Source: Escherichia coli (GTDB lineage: Bacteria > Pseudomonadota > Gammaproteobacteria > Enterobacterales > Enterobacteriaceae). Taken from it: 64,000 bases of DNA. Position numbers and translations under genes: made by a program. Shown one piece after another: positions 11,655 to 23,332 of the stretch. Below the pieces are notes generated by a model that was given only the letters and a program-made list of their open reading frames with translations, did no database searches and was not told the origin of the DNA. The DNA is taken from the NCBI RefSeq assembly GCF_029227855.1, contig NZ_CP074356.1. One strand, given 5' to 3'. The first letter of the stretch is position 1; the number at the start of each line of letters is the position of its first letter.

Positions 11655-12647
11655 TTACAGCTCGCTCTCTTTGTGGAATCCGTCTTTAACTACCGTGTCT
11701 TTGATGTTGTTTTTATTCACATCGATCGGTGTCAGGAGGCGGGAGGGCACATCTTTCAGGCCATTATTCAGTGTGGTATCTGCTTTTGGTTCCTGACCAT
11801 TGCCCAACTCAACGGCAATTTCTGCGGCAGTATTTGCCAACAACGTAATAGGTTTATACACCGTCATAGTTTGCGTACCGGCAGCAATACGTTTAATACC
11901 TGCGAGATCCGCATCCTGGCCGGAAATTGCTACTTTCCCTGATAAACCTTGCGCGCTTAATGCCTGAATTGCCCCACCTGCGGTGGCATCGTTTGAGGCA
12001 ACTACAGCATCAATTTTGTTATTATTGGCGGTTAGCGCGTTTTCCATAATTTTCAATGCGTTTTCCGGTAACCAGCCATCAACCCATTGGTCACCAACGA
12101 CTTTAATTTTTCCGGAATCAACGTAAGGTTTTAACACTTTCATTTGTCCGGCGCGGAACAGCTTGGCGTTGTTATCTACCGGCGAGCCGCCCATCAGGAA
12201 GTAATTACCTTGCGGAACAATATCGACCAGGGCTTTTGCCTGCAGTTCACCGACTTTTTCGTTATCGAAAGAAATATAAAAATCGATATCCGCATCGTTA
12301 ATCATACGATCGTAAGCTAATACTTTAATACCTTCTTGTTTGGCTTCTTTTACAACGTTACTTAATACCTGACCGTTATACGGAATAATGACAAGAACAT
12401 CGACACCCCGGTTTATCATGTTTTCAATCTGCGACATTTGTGTTTCTTCATTGCCATTTGCAGACTGTACAAATACTTTCGCGCCGAGAGATTCTGCCTT
12501 TTTCACAAAAATATCTCGATCTTTTTGCCAGCGTTCAAGACGGAGATCATCAATCGCCATACCTATTTTGACTTCTTTGGCGTGTGCCGCAACGTTGGTA
12601 AGCAGAAGTGAGGTGCAAAGGGTGAGTAGAATGTTCTTTATTTTCAT
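11655..12647 (-). CDS. xylF: D-xylose periplasmic binding protein
   Basis: Track ORF extends to 12725; canonical start MKIKNILLTLCTSLLLTNVAAHA at 12647 gives 330 aa with signal peptide. Confidence 0.9.
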   Translation of the reverse strand: MKIKNILLTLCTSLLLTNVAAHAKEVKIGMAIDDLRLERWQKDRDIFVKKAESLGAKVFVQSANGNEETQMSQIENMINRGVDVLVIIPYNGQVLSNVVKEAKQEGIKVLAYDRMINDADIDFYISFDNEKVGELQAKALVDIVPQGNYFLMGGSPVDNNAKLFRAGQMKVLKPYVDSGKIKVVGDQWVDGWLPENALKIMENALTANNNKIDAVVASNDATAGGAIQALSAQGLSGKVAISGQDADLAGIKRIAAGTQTMTVYKPITLLANTAAEIAVELGNGQEPKADTTLNNGLKDVPSRLLTPIDVNKNNIKDTVVKDGFHKESEL

Positions 12648-13012
12648 GGTGTAGGGCCTTCTGTAGTTAGAGGACAGCTTTAATAAGTAACAATCACCGC
12701 GATAAACGTAACCAATTTTTAGCAACTAAACAGGGGAAAACAATTACAGATTTTTATCTTTCGATTACGATTTTTGGTTTATTTCTTGATTTATGACCGA
12801 GATCTTACTTTTGTTGCGCAATTGTACTTATTGCATTTTTCTCTTCGAGGAATTACCCAGTTTCATCATTCCATTTTATTTTGCGAGCGAGCGCACACTT
12901 GTGAATTATCTCAATAGCAGTGTGAAATAACATAATTGAGCAACTGAAAGGGAGTGCCCAATATTACGACATCATCCATCACCCGCGGCATTACCTGATT
13001 ATGGAGTTCAAT
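12648..13012. promoter_or_regulatory. Divergent xylF / xylA promoter region (XylR and CRP control expected)
   Basis: 365-bp intergenic region between divergent xylF and xylA; established regulation of the xyl operons; individual sites not resolved. Confidence 0.5.
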
Positions 13013-14335
13013 ATGCAAGCCTATTTTGACCAGCTCGATCGCGTTCGTTATGAAGGCTCAAAATCCTCAAACCCGTTAGCATTCCGTCACTACAATCCCG
13101 ACGAACTGGTGTTGGGCAAGCGTATGGAAGAGCACTTGCGTTTTGCCGCCTGCTACTGGCACACATTCTGCTGGAACGGGGCGGACATGTTTGGTGTGGG
13201 GGCGTTTAATCGTCCGTGGCAGCAGCCTGGTGAGGCACTGGCGTTGGCGAAGCGTAAAGCAGATGTCGCATTTGAGTTTTTCCACAAGTTACATGTGCCA
13301 TTTTATTGCTTCCACGATGTGGATGTTTCCCCTGAGGGCGCGTCGTTAAAAGAGTACATCAATAATTTTGCGCAAATGGTTGATGTCCTGGCAGGCAAGC
13401 AAGAAGAGAGCGGCGTGAAGCTGCTGTGGGGAACCGCTAACTGCTTTACAAACCCTCGCTATGGCGCGGGTGCGGCGACGAACCCAGATCCTGAAGTCTT
13501 CAGTTGGGCGGCAACGCAAGTTGTTACAGCGATGGAAGCAACCCATAAATTGGGCGGTGAAAACTATGTCCTGTGGGGCGGTCGTGAAGGTTACGAAACG
13601 CTGTTAAATACCGACTTGCGTCAGGAGCGTGAACAGCTGGGCCGCTTTATGCAGATGGTGGTTGAGCATAAACATAAAATCGGTTTCCAGGGCACGTTGC
13701 TTATCGAACCGAAACCGCAAGAACCGACCAAACATCAATATGATTACGATGCCGCGACGGTCTATGGCTTCCTGAAACAGTTTGGTCTGGAAAAAGAGAT
13801 TAAACTGAACATTGAAGCTAACCACGCGACGCTGGCAGGTCACTCTTTCCATCATGAAATTGCCACCGCCATTGCGCTTGGCCTGTTCGGTTCTGTCGAC
13901 GCCAACCGTGGCGATGCGCAACTGGGCTGGGACACCGACCAGTTCCCGAACAGTGTGGAAGAGAATGCGCTGGTGATGTATGAAATTCTCAAAGCAGGCG
14001 GTTTCACCACCGGTGGTCTGAACTTCGATGCCAAAGTACGTCGTCAAAGTACTGATAAATATGATCTGTTTTACGGTCATATCGGCGCGATGGATACGAT
14101 GGCACTGGCGCTGAAAATTGCAGCGCGCATGATTGAAGATGGCGAGCTGGATAAACGCATCGCGCAGCGTTATTCCGGCTGGAATAGCGAATTGGGCCAG
14201 CAAATCCTGAAAGGCCAAATGTCACTGGCAGATTTAGCCAAATATGCTCAGGAACATAATTTGTCTCCGGTGCATCAGAGTGGTCGCCAGGAGCAACTGG
14301 AAAATCTGGTAAATCATTATCTGTTCGACAAATAA
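13013..14335 (+). CDS. xylA: Xylose isomerase
   Basis: 440 aa from ATG 13013 ([15 protein letters not shown]; GGAG RBS at 13004-13007); track ORF starts 12 nt upstream. Confidence 0.92.
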
Positions 14336-14406
14336 CGGCTAACTGTGCAGTCCGTTGGCCCGGTTATCGGTAGCGATACCGGGCATTTTTTTAAGGAACG
14401 ATCGAT

Positions 14407-15861
14407 ATGTATATCGGGATAGATCTTGGCACCTCGGGCGTAAAAGTTATTTTGCTCAACGAGCAGGGTGAGGTGGTTGCTTCGCAAACGGAAAAGCTGA
14501 CCGTTTCGCGCCCGCATCCACTCTGGTCGGAACAAGACCCGGAACAGTGGTGGCAGGCAACTGATCGCGCAATGAAAGCTCTGGGCGATCAGCATTCTCT
14601 GCAGGACGTTAAAGCATTGGGTATTGCCGGCCAGATGCATGGAGCAACCTTACTGGATGCTCAACAACGGGTATTGCGCCCTGCCATTTTGTGGAACGAC
14701 GGGCGCTGTGCGCAAGAGTGCACTTTGCTGGAAGCGAGAGTTCCGCAATCACGAGTGATTACCGGCAACCTGATGATGCCCGGATTTACTGCGCCTAAAT
14801 TGCTATGGGTTCAGCGGCATGAGCCGGAGATATTCCGTCAAATCGACAAAGTATTATTACCGAAAGATTACTTGCGTCTGCGTATGACGGGGGAGTTTGC
14901 CAGCGATATGTCTGACGCAGCTGGCACCATGTGGCTGGATGTCGCAAAGCGTGACTGGAGTGACGTCATGCTGCAGGCTTGCGACTTATCTCGTGACCAG
15001 ATGCCCGCATTATATGAAGGCAGCGAAATTACTGGTGCTTTGTTACCTGAAGTTGCGAAAGCGTGGGGTATGGCGACGGTGCCAGTTGTCGCAGGCGGTG
15101 GCGACAATGCAGCTGGTGCAGTTGGTGTGGGAATGGTTGATGCTAATCAGGCAATGTTATCGCTGGGGACGTCGGGGGTCTATTTTGCTGTCAGCGAAGG
15201 GTTCTTAAGCAAGCCAGAAAGCGCTGTACACAGCTTTTGCCATGCGCTACCGCAGCGTTGGCATTTAATGTCTGTAATGCTGAGTGCAGCATCGTGTCTG
15301 GATTGGGTCGCGAAATTAACCGGCCTGTGCAATGTCCCAGCTTTAATCGCTGCAGCTCAACAGGCTGATGAAAGTGCCGAGCCAGTTTGGTTTCTGCCTT
15401 ATCTTTCCGGCGAGCGTACACCACACAATAATCCCCAGGCGAAGGGGGTTTTCTTTGGTTTGACTCATCAACATGGCCCCAATGAACTGGCGCGAGCAGT
15501 GCTGGAAGGCGTGGGTTATGCGCTGGCAGATGGCATGGATGTCGTGCATGCCTGCGGCATTAAACCGCAAAGTGTTACGTTGATTGGTGGCGGGGCGCGT
15601 AGTGAGTACTGGCGTCAGATGCTGGCGGATATCAGCGGTCAGCAGCTCGATTACCGTACGGGGGGGGATGTGGGGCCAGCACTGGGCGCAGCAAGGCTGG
15701 CGCAGATTGCGGCGAATCCAGAGAAATCGCTCATTGAGTTGTTGCCGCAGCTACCGTTAGAACAGTCGCATCTACCAGATGCGCAGCGTTATGCCGCTTA
15801 TCAGCCACGACGTGAAACGTTCCGTCGCCTCTATCAGCAACTTCTGCCATTAATGGCGTAA
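14407..15861 (+). CDS. xylB: Xylulokinase
   Basis: 484-aa FGGY-family carbohydrate kinase ORF directly downstream of xylA. Confidence 0.92.
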   Translation: MYIGIDLGTSGVKVILLNEQGEVVASQTEKLTVSRPHPLWSEQDPEQWWQATDRAMKALGDQHSLQDVKALGIAGQMHGATLLDAQQRVLRPAILWNDGRCAQECTLLEARVPQSRVITGNLMMPGFTAPKLLWVQRHEPEIFRQIDKVLLPKDYLRLRMTGEFASDMSDAAGTMWLDVAKRDWSDVMLQACDLSRDQMPALYEGSEITGALLPEVAKAWGMATVPVVAGGGDNAAGAVGVGMVDANQAMLSLGTSGVYFAVSEGFLSKPESAVHSFCHALPQRWHLMSVMLSAASCLDWVAKLTGLCNVPALIAAAQQADESAEPVWFLPYLSGERTPHNNPQAKGVFFGLTHQHGPNELARAVLEGVGYALADGMDVVHACGIKPQSVTLIGGGARSEYWRQMLADISGQQLDYRTGGDVGPALGAARLAQIAANPEKSLIELLPQLPLEQSHLPDAQRYAAYQPRRETFRRLYQQLLPLMA

Positions 15862-16029
15862 ACGTTATCCCCTGCCTGACCGGGTGGGGGATAATTCACA
15901 TCTATATATCTCACTAATTAATTAATATTTAGTATGAATTTATTCTGAAAATCATTTGTTAATGGCATTTTTCAGTTTTGTCTTTCGTTGGTTACTCGTA
16001 ATGTATCGCTGGTAGATATGGAGATCGTT

Positions 16030-16371
16030 ATGAAAACCTCAAAAACTGTGGCAAAACTATTATTTGTTGTCGGGGCGCTGGTTTATCTGGTTGGGCTATG
16101 GATCTCATGCCCATTGCTAAGTGGAAAAGGCTATTTTCTTGGCGTGTTAATGACAGCAACTTTTGGTAACTATGCATATCTTCGCGCAGAAAAACTCGGG
16201 CAACTGGATAATTTTTTTACCCATATCTGCCAGTTAGTTGCGTTAATCACTATCGGTCTCTTGTTTATCGGTGTTTTAAATGCACCTATCAATGCTTATG
16301 AAATGGTGATCTACCCCATCGCCTTTTTTGTCTGCTTGTTTGGTCAAATGCGTTTGTTTCGCTCGGTATGA
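16030..16371 (+). CDS. yiaB: Small inner-membrane protein, YiaAB family
   Basis: 113 aa from ATG 16030 (MKTSKTVAKLLFVVGALVYLVGLW); hydrophobic; paralogous to the next gene. Confidence 0.75.
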   Translation: MKTSKTVAKLLFVVGALVYLVGLWISCPLLSGKGYFLGVLMTATFGNYAYLRAEKLGQLDNFFTHICQLVALITIGLLFIGVLNAPINAYEMVIYPIAFFVCLFGQMRLFRSV

Positions 16372-16416
16372 GCAACATAAAGCTCTTACACATTCAGGAA
16401 TGAAAGGAATACTGTG

Positions 16417-16854
16417 ATGGACAACAAAATATCAACCTATTCACCGGCCTTTAGTATTGTGTCATGGATAGCTCTCGTTGGTGGTATCGTTACCTATCTG
16501 TTAGGGCTATGGAATGCAGAGATGCAGTTAAATGAAAAAGGGTATTATTTTGCCGTACTGGTGTTAGGACTGTTTTCTGCTGCGTCTTATCAAAAGACCG
16601 TTCGGGACAAGTATGAAGGCATACCGACCACTTCCATTTATTATATGACCTGCCTGACTGTCTTTATTATCTCTGTTGCATTACTGATGGTAGGTCTGTG
16701 GAATGCGACATTATTACTCAGTGAAAAAGGTTTTTATGGACTGGCTTTCTTCTTAAGCTTGTTTGGTGCAGTAGCGGTGCAGAAGAATATTCGTGATACC
16801 GGAATAAACCCGCCAAAAGAAACACAGGTTACCCAGGAAGAATACAGCGAATAA
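16417..16854 (+). CDS. yiaA: Small inner-membrane protein with two YiaAB repeats
   Basis: 145 aa; internal duplication visible ([18 protein letters not shown]... / [18 protein letters not shown]...). Confidence 0.75.
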   Translation: MDNKISTYSPAFSIVSWIALVGGIVTYLLGLWNAEMQLNEKGYYFAVLVLGLFSAASYQKTVRDKYEGIPTTSIYYMTCLTVFIISVALLMVGLWNATLLLSEKGFYGLAFFLSLFGAVAVQKNIRDTGINPPKETQVTQEEYSE

Positions 16855-16895
16855 TTCACGTAAGCCCGGTCAGTCCAATGTGAACGGGCTTTTAC

Positions 16896-17891
16896 TTAAC
16901 TCACTAATCTGTTTCTGTCGATTCGTTGTACCAGCATAGAAAGTAACAAACTCGCTGCCAACGTCGCGCAAAAGATCCAAATAATATCCAGTATTGGCCA
17001 ATTTTTAAGCTCAATTCCCCGGGTGCGCAGCGCATGGATAATCAAGGCGTGGAATCCGTATATACCCAATGAATGGCGGGAGATTAAGCCAAGTCCGCGA
17101 ATGGTACGCGTATCCAGCGTGTTTTTAACCAGAGTCAATAGCGCGATTGCGCAGATAAAAACCATCGGCCCACAGTAAAGATACCAGGTATCGGCAAAAT
17201 TTCCGCGCCACTGCAATTCATATAATGTCCCGCGAGAGATAATAAAAACCCCCGTCGCAAACAGCGCGGCGCTCACCCACGACAGTGCTTTATGCTGTGT
17301 GTCCATCATCCCTATAGCGCGGCCCAACATGCCATACAGAATGTAGTAAAAAGTATCGCCATTGATATATAAGTTAATTGGCAGCCATTCAAAACCGTCA
17401 ATTTTCTGCGGCACTGTGTTTGGGTTAGCGATAATGCCAATCACCACCATTAGCACCAGCAACATTTTTCCGCCGACGTTCTTCACCTGAATCAGCGGTG
17501 AAACCAGATAAATCACCGCAATCGCGAAGAAAAACCACAAGTGGTAAAACACTGGCTTTTGCAGCAGGTTTTTCAGCGCTAACTCCATATTGATGGAGGT
17601 AAACAGCGCAATGTAGAGCAGTGCGATTGCGCTATAAAAAATCAGGCATAAGCCGATACGCAAGAAATGGCGCGGCTGGGCGCTGCGTTCGCCAAAAAAG
17701 AGATAGCCGGATATCATGAAAAATAGCGGCACGCTGACACGAGAGGCAGAATTCAGAACATTGGCGATATCCCAGGTGACGGGGCTAACACTATGAGCAT
17801 TGGTCACATACCAGGTAGTGGTGTGAATCATCACCACCATTAAACACGCTATCCCTCGCAGGTTATCAATCCAGTAAATTTTGGGCTGCAT
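16896..17891 (-). CDS. wecH: O-acetyltransferase (acyltransferase-3 family membrane protein)
   Basis: 331-aa polytopic membrane ORF; recognised as WecH/YiaH. Confidence 0.85.
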   Translation of the reverse strand: MQPKIYWIDNLRGIACLMVVMIHTTTWYVTNAHSVSPVTWDIANVLNSASRVSVPLFFMISGYLFFGERSAQPRHFLRIGLCLIFYSAIALLYIALFTSINMELALKNLLQKPVFYHLWFFFAIAVIYLVSPLIQVKNVGGKMLLVLMVVIGIIANPNTVPQKIDGFEWLPINLYINGDTFYYILYGMLGRAIGMMDTQHKALSWVSAALFATGVFIISRGTLYELQWRGNFADTWYLYCGPMVFICAIALLTLVKNTLDTRTIRGLGLISRHSLGIYGFHALIIHALRTRGIELKNWPILDIIWIFCATLAASLLLSMLVQRIDRNRLVS

Positions 17892-18065
17892 CTGTGTCTC
17901 TGTATCTGGTTAAAAAAAGTCTGACCGATAAATCATTCAGTTGGCGCACTGGAATAATCTGAGTTTTATCACTACAGCTTATAGAGGCTTAAGGAAATTC
18001 GTAAGATATCAGCCACTATACCGATATAAATAATAAGACTCACCTGCAAACCAGACGGTAATTTA

Positions 18066-18365
18066 ATGATGATGAACGCTTTCTTTCCGGCAATGGCGCT
18101 TATGGTGCTAGCGGGTTGTTCTACACCGTCACCCGTGCAGAAAGCACAACGGGTAAAGGTTGATCCTCTGCGTTCGTTGAATATGGAAGCGTTATGCAAG
18201 GATCAGGCGGCAAAACGTTATAACACCGGCGAGCAAAAAATCGACGTCACCGCCTTCGAACAGTTCCAGGGAAGCTATGAAATGCGCGGTTATACCTTCC
18301 GTAAAGAGCAGTTTGTCTGTTCTTTTGACGCAGATGGCCATTTTTTGCATCTTTCCATGCGTTAA
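18066..18365 (+). CDS. ysaB: Putative lipoprotein
   Basis: 99-aa ORF with lipobox (LAGCS) after the signal sequence. Confidence 0.75.
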   Translation: MMMNAFFPAMALMVLAGCSTPSPVQKAQRVKVDPLRSLNMEALCKDQAAKRYNTGEQKIDVTAFEQFQGSYEMRGYTFRKEQFVCSFDADGHFLHLSMR

Positions 18366-18459
18366 GCCCTGCTTTTTCCCGTTTCGTACTGTATATCTTC
18401 CATCCAGCGGGTATACTGATCCCTTCCTTTAAATCCACACGTATCCAGCACGAAATAAT

Positions 18460-19371
18460 ATGCAAAAGTTTGATACCAGGACCTTCCAGGGCTTGATCCT
18501 GACCTTACAGGATTACTGGGCTCGCCAGGGCTGCACCATTGTTCAACCATTGGACATGGAAGTCGGCGCGGGAACCTCTCACCCAATGACCTGTCTGCGC
18601 GCGCTGGGGCCAGAACCGATGGCGGCTGCTTATGTTCAGCCTTCTCGTCGCCCGACCGATGGTCGCTACGGCGAAAACCCCAACCGTTTACAGCACTACT
18701 ATCAGTTTCAGGTGGTCATTAAGCCATCGCCGGACAATATTCAGGAGCTGTACCTCGGTTCTCTGAAAGAGCTGGGCATGGACCCGACTATTCACGACAT
18801 CCGTTTCGTGGAAGATAACTGGGAAAACCCGACTCTGGGTGCCTGGGGACTGGGCTGGGAAGTGTGGCTAAACGGCATGGAAGTGACGCAGTTCACTTAC
18901 TTCCAGCAGGTTGGTGGTCTGGAGTGTAAACCGGTTACCGGCGAGATCACCTACGGTCTGGAACGTCTGGCCATGTACATTCAGGGCGTAGACAGCGTTT
19001 ACGACCTGGTCTGGAGCGACGGCCCGCTGGGTAAAACCACCTACGGCGACGTGTTCCATCAGAACGAAGTGGAGCAGTCCACTTACAACTTCGAATACGC
19101 GGATGTGGACTTCCTGTTCACCTGCTTTGAGCAGTACGAGAAAGAAGCGCAGCAGCTGCTGGCGCTGGAAAATCCGCTGCCGCTGCCAGCCTACGAGCGT
19201 ATTCTGAAAGCCGCCCACAGCTTCAACCTGCTGGATGCGCGTAAAGCCATCTCCGTCACCGAGCGTCAGCGCTACATTCTGCGCATTCGCACCCTGACCA
19301 AAGCAGTGGCAGAAGCATACTACGCTTCCCGTGAAGCCCTCGGCTTCCCGATGTGCAACAAAGATAAGTAA
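18460..19371 (+). CDS. glyQ: Glycyl-tRNA synthetase alpha subunit
   Basis: 303-aa ORF; highly conserved GlyQ sequence. Confidence 0.95.
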
Positions 19372-19380
19372 GAGGCGGCT

Positions 19381-21450
19381 ATGTCTGAGAAAACTTTTCT
19401 GGTGGAAATCGGCACTGAAGAGCTGCCACCAAAAGCACTGCGCAGCCTGGCTGAGTCCTTTGCTGCGAATTTTACTGCGGAGCTGGATAACGCTGGCCTC
19501 GCACACGGCACCGTTCAATGGTTTGCTGCTCCGCGTCGTCTGGCGCTGAAAGTAGCTAACCTGGCGGAAGCGCAACCGGATCGTGAAATCGAAAAACGCG
19601 GCCCGGCGATTGCCCAGGCGTTCGACGCTGAAGGCAAACCGAGCAAAGCGGCAGAAGGTTGGGCGCGTGGTTGCGGTATTACCGTTGACCAGGCTGAGCG
19701 TCTGACTACCGATAAAGGCGAATGGCTGCTGTATCGCGCCCATGTGAAGGGCGAAAGCACCGAAGCACTGCTGCCGAATATGGTTGCGACTTCTCTGGCG
19801 AAACTGCCGATCCCGAAACTGATGCGTTGGGGCGCAAGCGACGTGCACTTCGTGCGTCCGGTGCACACCGTGACCCTGCTGCTGGGCGACAAAGTCATTC
19901 CGGCAACCATTCTGGGCATTCAGTCCGATCGCGTGATTCGCGGCCACCGCTTTATGGGCGAACCGGAATTCACCATCGACAACGCCGATCAGTATCCGGA
20001 AATTCTGCGTGAGCGCGGGAAAGTCATCGCCGATTACGAAGAACGTAAAGCGAAGATTAAAGCCGATGCCGAAGAAGCAGCGCGTAAGATTGGCGGTAAC
20101 GCTGACTTAAGCGAAAGCCTGCTGGAAGAAGTGGCTTCGCTGGTGGAGTGGCCGGTCGTTCTGACCGCAAAATTCGAAGAGAAATTCCTCGCGGTGCCGG
20201 CTGAAGCGCTGGTTTACACCATGAAAGGTGACCAGAAATACTTCCCGGTGTATGCGAACGACGGCAAACTGCTGCCGAACTTTATCTTCGTTGCCAACAT
20301 CGAATCGAAAGATCCGCAGCAGATTATCTCCGGTAACGAGAAAGTCGTTCGTCCGCGTCTGGCGGATGCCGAGTTCTTCTTCAACACCGACCGTAAAAAA
20401 CGTCTGGAAGATAACCTGCCGCGCCTGCAAACCGTGCTGTTCCAGCAACAGCTGGGTACGCTGCGTGACAAAACTGACCGCATCCAGGCGCTGGCTGGCT
20501 GGATTGCTGAACAGATTGGCGCTGACGTTAACCACGCAACCCGTGCGGGCCTGCTGTCTAAGTGTGACCTGATGACCAACATGGTCTTCGAGTTCACCGA
20601 CACCCAGGGCGTTATGGGGATGCACTATGCGCGTCACGATGGCGAAGCGGAAGATGTCGCGGTGGCGCTGAATGAGCAGTATCAGCCGCGCTTTGCCGGT
20701 GATGACCTGCCGTCTAACCCGGTAGCCTGTGCGCTGGCGATTGCTGACAAGATGGATACTCTGGCGGGTATCTTCGGTATCGGCCAGCATCCGAAAGGCG
20801 ACAAAGACCCGTTTGCGCTGCGTCGTGCCGCACTTGGCGTGCTGCGAATTATCGTTGAGAAGAACCTCAACCTTGATCTGCAAACGCTGACCGAAGAAGC
20901 GGTGCGTCTGTATGGCGATAAGCTGACTAATGCCAACGTAGTTGATGATGTTATCGACTTTATGCTCGGTCGCTTCCGCGCCTGGTATCAGGACGAAGGT
21001 TATACCGTTGACACCATCCAGGCGGTACTGGCGCGTCGTCCGACTCGTCCGGCTGATTTCGATGCCCGTATGAAAGCGGTATCGCATTTCCGTACCCTGG
21101 ATGCAGCTGCTGCACTGGCGGCGGCGAACAAACGTGTATCTAACATTCTGGCGAAATCTGACGAAGTGCTGAGCGACCGCGTGAATGCCTCTACCCTGAA
21201 AGAGCCGGAAGAAATTAAACTGGCGATGCAGGTTGTGGTGCTACGTGACAAGCTGGAGCCGTACTTTGCGGAAGGTCGTTACCAGGATGCGCTGGTCGAA
21301 CTGGCAGAGCTGCGTGAGCCGGTTGATGCTTTCTTCGATAAAGTGATGGTCATGGTTGATGACAAAGAATTGCGTCTCAACCGTCTGACCATGCTGGAGA
21401 AACTGCGCGAACTGTTCCTGCGCGTTGCGGATATTTCGCTGTTGCAGTAA
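19381..21450 (+). CDS. glyS: Glycyl-tRNA synthetase beta subunit
   Basis: 689-aa ORF 9 nt downstream of glyQ. Confidence 0.95.
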   Translation: MSEKTFLVEIGTEELPPKALRSLAESFAANFTAELDNAGLAHGTVQWFAAPRRLALKVANLAEAQPDREIEKRGPAIAQAFDAEGKPSKAAEGWARGCGITVDQAERLTTDKGEWLLYRAHVKGESTEALLPNMVATSLAKLPIPKLMRWGASDVHFVRPVHTVTLLLGDKVIPATILGIQSDRVIRGHRFMGEPEFTIDNADQYPEILRERGKVIADYEERKAKIKADAEEAARKIGGNADLSESLLEEVASLVEWPVVLTAKFEEKFLAVPAEALVYTMKGDQKYFPVYANDGKLLPNFIFVANIESKDPQQIISGNEKVVRPRLADAEFFFNTDRKKRLEDNLPRLQTVLFQQQLGTLRDKTDRIQALAGWIAEQIGADVNHATRAGLLSKCDLMTNMVFEFTDTQGVMGMHYARHDGEAEDVAVALNEQYQPRFAGDDLPSNPVACALAIADKMDTLAGIFGIGQHPKGDKDPFALRRAALGVLRIIVEKNLNLDLQTLTEEAVRLYGDKLTNANVVDDVIDFMLGRFRAWYQDEGYTVDTIQAVLARRPTRPADFDARMKAVSHFRTLDAAAALAAANKRVSNILAKSDEVLSDRVNASTLKEPEEIKLAMQVVVLRDKLEPYFAEGRYQDALVELAELREPVDAFFDKVMVMVDDKELRLNRLTMLEKLRELFLRVADISLLQ

Positions 21451-21463
21451 TAACGCCGTTATT

Positions 21464-21494
21464 AAAAAGCCTGCCATCTGGCAGGCTTTTTTTA
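21464..21494 (+). terminator. Rho-independent terminator of glyQS
   Basis: GC hairpin gcctgcc-atct-ggcaggc followed by T7 run. Confidence 0.75.
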
Positions 21495-21775
21495 TTATCG
21501 CTAAATAATACAGCAACCTTTAATAATCTTCTGCTGAATAAAGATTATCTCATATATTAATTTTATGAGGTTTTTTTAGGATTATATCAAGGAGAAGAAA
21601 CAAACTTATTAAGCTAGAATAGCCACGGGTGCTTGAGACTGTTTGTCTCAGGTATTCACCGAAAGGCAGACAGAGAAAAGCCCCACCTGACTATAAATCA
21701 AAGTGAGGCTACCCTATGCCTGAACACCATAAGGTTAGCCTCTTACTCGTTGGAAATCAACACAGGGGGCTGGGA

Positions 21776-21928
21776 ATGCCGCAGAAATATAGATTACTTT
21801 CTTTAATAGTGATTTGTTTCACGCTTTTATTTTTCACCTGGATGATAAGAGATTCACTGTGTGAATTGCATATTAAACAGGGGAGTTATGAGCTGGCGGC
21901 ATTTTTAGCCTGCAATTTAAAAGAGTAA
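21776..21928 (+). CDS. hokA: Hok-family type I toxin (50 aa), locus not interrupted by an IS element
   Basis: MPQKYRLLSLIVICFTLLFFTWMIRDSLCELHIKQ...; the track ORF 21716-21928 adds an in-frame upstream ATG; GC hairpin ggcgggaa..ttcccgcc downstream. Confidence 0.8.
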   Translation: MPQKYRLLSLIVICFTLLFFTWMIRDSLCELHIKQGSYELAAFLACNLKE

Positions 21929-22057
21929 GAGTCTTCGGCGGGAAGTTATTCCCGCCTTTCTTACGGCGTTGCGCATTCTCATTGCACCCAAATTTATTTT
22001 TCACAAAAATAATACTAGATTTTATTACGCGATCGATTATTTATTTCCTGAAAAACA

Positions 22058-22092
22058 AATAAAAAAATCCCCGCCAAATGGCAGGGATCTTA
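22058..22092 (-). terminator. cspA transcription terminator
   Basis: On the minus strand an imperfect GC stem (tccctgcc / ggcgggga) followed by a T run, just 3' of the cspA stop. Confidence 0.55.
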
Positions 22093-22115
22093 GATTCTGT
22101 GCTTTTAAGCAGAGA

Positions 22116-22328
22116 TTACAGGCTGGTTACGTTACCAGCTGCCGGGCCTTTAGCGCCGCTTTCGATGGTGAAGGACACTTTCTGACCTTCGTCCAGAGAT
22201 TTGTAACCATCGTTCTGGATAGCAGAGAAGTGTACGAACACGTCTTTAGAGCCATCGTCAGGAGTGATGAAGCCGAAGCCTTTGTCAGCGTTGAACCATT
22301 TTACGATACCAGTCATTTTACCGGACAT
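22116..22328 (-). CDS. cspA: Major cold shock protein CspA
   Basis: 70-aa [24 protein letters not shown]... with RNP1/RNP2 motifs. Confidence 0.95.
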
Positions 22329-22487
22329 AGTGTATTACCTTTAATAATTAAGTGTGCCTTTCGGCGATATGGCGTGCTTTACAGATTTTGAAGCGTTAAA
22401 GGAATGTGCACTACGAGGGGTATCAACGATAACTCTTGAAGGGACTTGCCTTACTACACTGCTTTAATGGTCTGTACGTCAAACCGT
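22329..22487 (-). promoter_or_regulatory. cspA long 5' UTR (cold box / RNA thermosensor region)
   Basis: About 160 nt of untranslated leader upstream of the cspA start; extent taken from established knowledge of the cspA mRNA, not mapped here. Confidence 0.55.
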
Positions 22488-22608
22488 TGATGTGCATTAA
22501 GCCACGCATTGGCGGGTGATGCAACAATTATTTTTCATATTTATGATTAATCGGTTGGAAAACGGTCCTGTCATCAGGACCGTAAACAGCAATAAAGTGG
22601 ATAAAAGT

Positions 22609-22899
22609 CTATTCCATCAACTGCTTACTTAATGCCGGGTTGGCTTGAATCAAACGCATCAATTTTAGTTCGGCACTTGAAGGCTTCACGCGTCTGGATT
22701 CCCATTCCTTTACCATGGCGACTGATACGCCCAAAACCCGGGCGAAATCATCGATTTTTAACCCTGTCCCTTTTCGTAACTGCTCAATTTCGGTACAGGA
22801 CGTTGTTCTGTGCGTCAGGGTAATTTTCTGCGTTTCATCTTTAAAAACAATCTGTTCCAGGCTGCTCAACAGCTCATGCATTGGATCTTTATATTCCAT
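22609..22899 (-). CDS. yiaG: XRE-family HTH protein
   Basis: 96-aa ORF with C-terminal HTH (IDDFARVLGVSVAMVKEWE). Confidence 0.85.
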   Translation of the reverse strand: MEYKDPMHELLSSLEQIVFKDETQKITLTHRTTSCTEIEQLRKGTGLKIDDFARVLGVSVAMVKEWESRRVKPSSAELKLMRLIQANPALSKQLME

Positions 22900-23332
22900 T
22901 GAAAACTCCTCAAATCACACTGCGGGATCGTGAATTGCATCGAAGCTCATTAAGAATAGTCGGGAAAAGCAGACACAGCGGGGTGAAGTCAGGGCATGCT
23001 CTGGCTATGATTCGATTCAGCCTGTCATTTAGCGTGACTTATAGCCACCTAACGATCTGATAAATGCCGATATATCTCTTACCACTCCTGTTTTGTAAAG
23101 ATTTCGAAAATCTAACCTTCTGCGAAGGCGTAAATCTCTGGCTACAAAAAAAGCAACGGCACTATCATTTTTTAACAATGAAACAACAAATTAACCTTGT
23201 TTCATTTTCTCCATGATTTTACCAGGAAGATTACGTAGAAAGGGTATCCTGCAAGCCTGTCCTGGACTATCCTTGTCACGTCAGACACGCGTGTGTCGTT
23301 GTGCGCTTTTTTTGGGTGAAAGGAGTAAGAAA

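Noticed and set aside
17972-18199. 75-aa minus-strand ORF between wecH and ysaB
   Set aside because: It overlaps the ysaB start and the promoter region and has no supporting signals.
21969-22391. 140-aa plus-strand ORF overlapping cspA
   Set aside because: It is antisense to cspA and its terminator and runs through the cspA 5' UTR; judged a shadow ORF.
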